Below are positions 60,624 to 64,000 of a stretch of 64,000 nucleotides of DNA, in pieces; the first letter of the stretch is position 1, and every line of letters starts with the position of its first letter. The notes beneath the pieces were generated by a model that was given only the letters and a program-made list of their open reading frames with translations, had not been told where the DNA came from and ran no database searches. This stretch comes from an uncultured Planctomycetia bacterium (GTDB lineage: Bacteria; Omnitrophota; Gorgyraeia; Duberdicusellales; 4484-171): the NCBI GenBank assembly GCA_964483625.1, contig CAZABB010000003.1, forward strand, positions 21,895-85,894, in the 5' to 3' direction. Both the position numbers and the translations under genes were made by a program.

Positions 60624-62516
60624 ATGTTTGAAACGTTTAAAATCTATACGCACAAAGAGATTTCGCTCAATGAGGTCAGTTCTCAGCTGGCTCATCTGGG
60701 ATATCGCCGCGTCGATGACGTAACCGAGGAAGGTGATTATTCGGTGCGGGGGGATGTTCTGGAGGTTTTCTGCGCCAATTTCAATTTCCCCGTCCGCATG
60801 GAATGGACGTTTGAGATTATCGATAAGATATACAGTTTTGACAAAACCATCCAGAAAAAACTCATCGATTACGATTTCCTCATCGTCATTCCTTATCGCA
60901 AGAAGATCAAAAAATATACCGAAGATATCCCCCTGGATATTGTGTTGAAGATAAAAAAAGGAGATTTTGTCGTCCATACCCAGTACGGTATAGGCAGATT
61001 TCTCGGTGTAAAAAAGATGGAAGTGAAAGGTGCCCAGGAGTATTTTTTTGCGATCGAATATGCCGATAACGCCAAACTCTATATTGCCAAAGAACAGGCG
61101 CATCTGGTTCAGAAGTACGTAAGTTTTACCAGTCGTGCTCCCAAATTATCAAAGCTGGGGACGAAAGAGTGGAGCCGCCTGAAAGAGAGGGCGCAGAATG
61201 GAATACGGAAGTTTGCTCTGGAACTTCTGCGGATGGAAGCCCAGCGTAAGCTGATCGGAGGATTTCGCTATGGTTCCGATACCGACTGGCAGAAGCAGTT
61301 CGAGGACCTTTTCTCGTATCAGGAGACCGAAGACCAACTTAAAGCTACGGCTCAGCTTAAAAAACATATGGAATCGAATGCGTGCATGGATATGCTTGTC
61401 TGCGGCGATAACGGCTACGGGAAGACCGAAGTCGCGATGCGAGCGGCATTTAAAGCCGTCATGGGCGGCAAACAGGTTGCTTTTCTTGTGCCAACGACAA
61501 TTCTTGCCTACCAGCATTACATTAATTTGAAAGAACGCACCAGAGATTTTCCCGTCGAAGTTCAGATGCTTTCCCGTTTCCGCACCGGGGGCGAACAAAA
61601 AGATATTGCCCGCCGGCTGGCTGAAGGAAAAATTGAGATCATCGTGGGGACGCACCGGTTGTTATCGAAAGATATCGCCTTCTGTGACCTGGGACTTCTG
61701 ATCATCGATGAAGAGCATCGTTTCGGCGTCTTATCGAAAGAGAGGATAAAAAAGATAAAAATAGGCATCGATGTCCTCACCCTTACCGCAACTCCTATCC
61801 CGCGTACGTTATACATGGGATTGATCGGCATTAAGGATATTGCCCTGATCCGCACTCCGCCGAAAGAACGCCTGGCGGTAAAGACTGAAGTCATGGAATT
61901 CTCTTCTGGCCGGATTCACGCTATCATCACCAAAGAAGTCCGACGCCGTGGCCAGGTGTTTTTTATCCATAATCGTATTGAGAGTATCTATAAAATAGAA
62001 AAGAAACTAAAGAGTATTCTTCCCGGCGATATCCGTATCGCGGTCATCCATGGCAGAATGCGACCTAAGGAAATCGAAAAGATTATGCTTCAATTCATTG
62101 AAAAAGAGGTCGACGTACTCCTTTCTACCGCGATTGTTGAGTCGGGGATCGATATCCCGGGCGCGAATACGATTATCGTCAACGATGCGCATCGGTTCGG
62201 ATTAAGTGATCTGCACCAGTTACGCGGCCGGGTCGGCCGGAGCACCCGGCAGGGATATGCTTATTTTGTGGTCGGCCGGTTTTCCTCGCTATCTACCGAT
62301 GCCGAAAAGAGGCTTCGTTTGCTTGAGGAGTTTTCTCACCTGGGGGCGGGATTTGAGGTGGCGATGAGTGACCTGGAATTGCGCGGCGCCGGCAATCTTT
62401 TGGGGACCCAGCAGCATGGTTTTGTATGGATGATCGGATTTGATTTGTATTGTCGTTTATTGAAAAAAGAGATAGAATATCTCAAAAACACATTTAAGAT
62501 CGAGATAGGAGGATAG
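60624..62516 (+). CDS. mfd: Transcription-repair coupling factor, compact form of 630 aa
   Basis: LGYRRVDDVTEEGDYSVRGDVLEVF, then the RNAP-interacting block DFVVHTQYGIGRF, SF2 motifs LVCGDNGYGKTEVAMRAAFKAV and LLIIDEEHRFGV, motif VI HQLRGRVGRS, and the TRG motif DLELRGAGNLLGTQQHG. Roughly 500 aa shorter than canonical Mfd. Confidence 0.8.
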   Translation: MFETFKIYTHKEISLNEVSSQLAHLGYRRVDDVTEEGDYSVRGDVLEVFCANFNFPVRMEWTFEIIDKIYSFDKTIQKKLIDYDFLIVIPYRKKIKKYTEDIPLDIVLKIKKGDFVVHTQYGIGRFLGVKKMEVKGAQEYFFAIEYADNAKLYIAKEQAHLVQKYVSFTSRAPKLSKLGTKEWSRLKERAQNGIRKFALELLRMEAQRKLIGGFRYGSDTDWQKQFEDLFSYQETEDQLKATAQLKKHMESNACMDMLVCGDNGYGKTEVAMRAAFKAVMGGKQVAFLVPTTILAYQHYINLKERTRDFPVEVQMLSRFRTGGEQKDIARRLAEGKIEIIVGTHRLLSKDIAFCDLGLLIIDEEHRFGVLSKERIKKIKIGIDVLTLTATPIPRTLYMGLIGIKDIALIRTPPKERLAVKTEVMEFSSGRIHAIITKEVRRRGQVFFIHNRIESIYKIEKKLKSILPGDIRIAVIHGRMRPKEIEKIMLQFIEKEVDVLLSTAIVESGIDIPGANTIIVNDAHRFGLSDLHQLRGRVGRSTRQGYAYFVVGRFSSLSTDAEKRLRLLEEFSHLGAGFEVAMSDLELRGAGNLLGTQQHGFVWMIGFDLYCRLLKKEIEYLKNTFKIEIGG

Positions 62517-62523
62517 GTAAGGT

Positions 62524-63408
62524 ATGAAAAACATCATAACAGGCATCATCGTGGTATGTTGGCTGACGGCAGTGGGGTGTAATTTGAGCTATGGCGAGCA
62601 GATCGGCCGGATCGTCGCTCAAGTTAATTCCGAGATTATCACCGAGAAAGACTGGAACGATTACATGAAAATCTTACGGTATAAAAACCCCAACATGCAG
62701 GTTACCGATGATATGCGGGAGGAAATACTGGAACGTCTCATTGAGGATAAGCTGATTCTTTATCACGCGGTCAAAGAGGGGATTGAGGTGCCCGCAGGGT
62801 GGATTAAGGAGAAATTGAACGAATTTATCGCCTCGTATGGTTCTTACCGGGAATTTGAAAAATCGCTTATTTCCGAAGGGCTCAATGTTACCCTGTTAAA
62901 GGAACGCCTTAAAAGCCAATATCTGACCCAGCGTATTATCGATAGATATGTTCGTTCCAAAGTGTATATATCTCCGGCGCAGGTGACGGAGTTCTACCAG
63001 GCCAATCCCGAACAGTTTTCGGCCGAACGAATGTTTACGTTATGGATAGCCCAGTCGAAATTCGATGAACAAATCTATATGCTGATGGATGCGATTAAGG
63101 AGAAAGGTATAGAGAATGTTGACCGGGAAAAATATAATCTTACCCGTGTCGAGATCGATGAACCAAGCCTCAAAGAAGACATCAAAGATATCGTTTTGGA
63201 TTTAGACATCGATGAATCGACGTTCGGGGAAAAAGACGGAACCTATTATTACATATATCTGGAGAATATTTCCGTTTCCGATCCCGTAACCCTTCAGGAA
63301 GCCAAGGAGCAGATTTATAGCTACCTCTGGCAGGAAGAATTCCGCCGGGAATTTACCGAATGGATCGAAGAGTTGAAGAAGGAAGCGATTATTAAACGGT
63401 ATGAGTAA
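62524..63408 (+). CDS. SurA-N-domain-like periplasmic chaperone with no parvulin domain. Possible lipoprotein
   Basis: Signal peptide MKNIITGIIVVCWLTAVGC. The body is a SurA/PpiD-type N-terminal helical domain. It overlaps pdxA by 8 nt, matching the conserved surA-pdxA synteny. Confidence 0.45.
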   Translation: MKNIITGIIVVCWLTAVGCNLSYGEQIGRIVAQVNSEIITEKDWNDYMKILRYKNPNMQVTDDMREEILERLIEDKLILYHAVKEGIEVPAGWIKEKLNEFIASYGSYREFEKSLISEGLNVTLLKERLKSQYLTQRIIDRYVRSKVYISPAQVTEFYQANPEQFSAERMFTLWIAQSKFDEQIYMLMDAIKEKGIENVDREKYNLTRVEIDEPSLKEDIKDIVLDLDIDESTFGEKDGTYYYIYLENISVSDPVTLQEAKEQIYSYLWQEEFRREFTEWIEELKKEAIIKRYE

Positions 63409-64000
63409 ACCGGTCGTTATAACGACAGGAGATCCCGCCGGTTGCGGGCCCCGTATCACCCTGCGTGCCGTTGAATCGATTAAAACCGGAAACATACGAT
63501 GTATTGTCGTCGGAGATAAAGAGGTGTACTGTCGGATCAAAGGCGGTAGCCGTATGTTGAACCGGGTTGAATTCGTTGACGTCGGGACAAAGAACATCTC
63601 TCGTCTTACCCCGGGCCGGGCAAGTAAGCTTTCCGGCCGGGCGAGTCTCAACTATCTTGAGCGCGCTCTGGATATCATCGCCCGGCAGAAGCTCAAGGTT
63701 CTGGTGACTGCACCGGTATCCAAAGAAGCCGTGGCGACCGGTCTTCCTTCTTTCAGAGGTCATACCGAATATTTAGCGCAGGCGTTTAACGTTTCTTCGG
63801 TTGCGATGATGATGTATTCAAGAAGGATAAACGTTGCGCTTCTCACCCGGCATATTGCCCTGCGAAAGGTTCCGGCTTCGCTGACGGCAAAATCGTTGCG
63901 AGAAACGATACGCCTTGTGGCAGCTTTTTTAAAAAAAGAATGCCGGATTCGAAATCCCCGTATTGCCGTTGCCAGTGTCAACCCTCATGCCGGCACCGGT
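63401..64000 (+). CDS. pdxA: 4-hydroxythreonine-4-phosphate dehydrogenase, 5' portion. Truncated by the window end
   Basis: MSKPVVITTGDPAGCGP ... RGHTEYLAQAF, which are PdxA signature motifs. Confidence 0.8.
   Translation, partial: MSKPVVITTGDPAGCGPRITLRAVESIKTGNIRCIVVGDKEVYCRIKGGSRMLNRVEFVDVGTKNISRLTPGRASKLSGRASLNYLERALDIIARQKLKVLVTAPVSKEAVATGLPSFRGHTEYLAQAFNVSSVAMMMYSRRINVALLTRHIALRKVPASLTAKSLRETIRLVAAFLKKECRIRNPRIAVASVNPHAGTG

Noticed and set aside
1-64000. CRISPR arrays, tRNA or rRNA genes.
   Set aside because: No regularly spaced direct repeats of 25-40 nt with spacers. Nothing resembling tRNA cloverleaf-conserved boxes or rRNA was seen on reading. A proper tRNAscan or Infernal run is still advisable.

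Overview
Bacterial chromosomal window, all calls on the + strand. About 85% of it (nt 27-54515, open to the 5' edge) is one uninterrupted reading frame of at least 18,162 codons. This frame is clearly coding. It carries more than 20 hydrophobic transmembrane clusters interleaved with recognisable enzyme domains: guanylate-kinase-like, Nudix, GT4 glycosyltransferase, GH100/GDE-like (alpha/alpha)6 hydrolase (two copies), hexokinase, MttB-family methyltransferase (two copies), class-I glutamine amidotransferase, Glu/Leu/Phe/Val-dehydrogenase-like, radical SAM/SPASM, EamA/DMT-like transporter helices, HAD (two copies), class-I SAM methyltransferase, uridine-kinase/PRK-like, an FeS-FAD-Mo xanthine-dehydrogenase-family module, ICMT-like membrane methyltransferase, PP-loop ATPase and a lone helicase-C (RecA2) domain. 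It also contains internal lipoprotein/signal-peptide-like segments, and a roughly 85-nt motif repeated at three sites at the nucleotide level. This giant multi-TM gene is the main candidate for novelty. It is reminiscent of the giant multi-TM genes reported from Ca. Omnitrophota metagenomes (recollection, unverified). Downstream is a compact housekeeping block: hisI, trpE, rpsP, yajC, fused secDF, a RAYT/IS200-like tyrosine transposase bracketed by perfect 25-bp direct repeats, an unusually short mfd (630 aa), a surA-like chaperone gene and the 5' part of pdxA. No rRNA, tRNA or CRISPR array was seen. Domain coordinates inside the giant ORF are approximate (about +/-30 nt).
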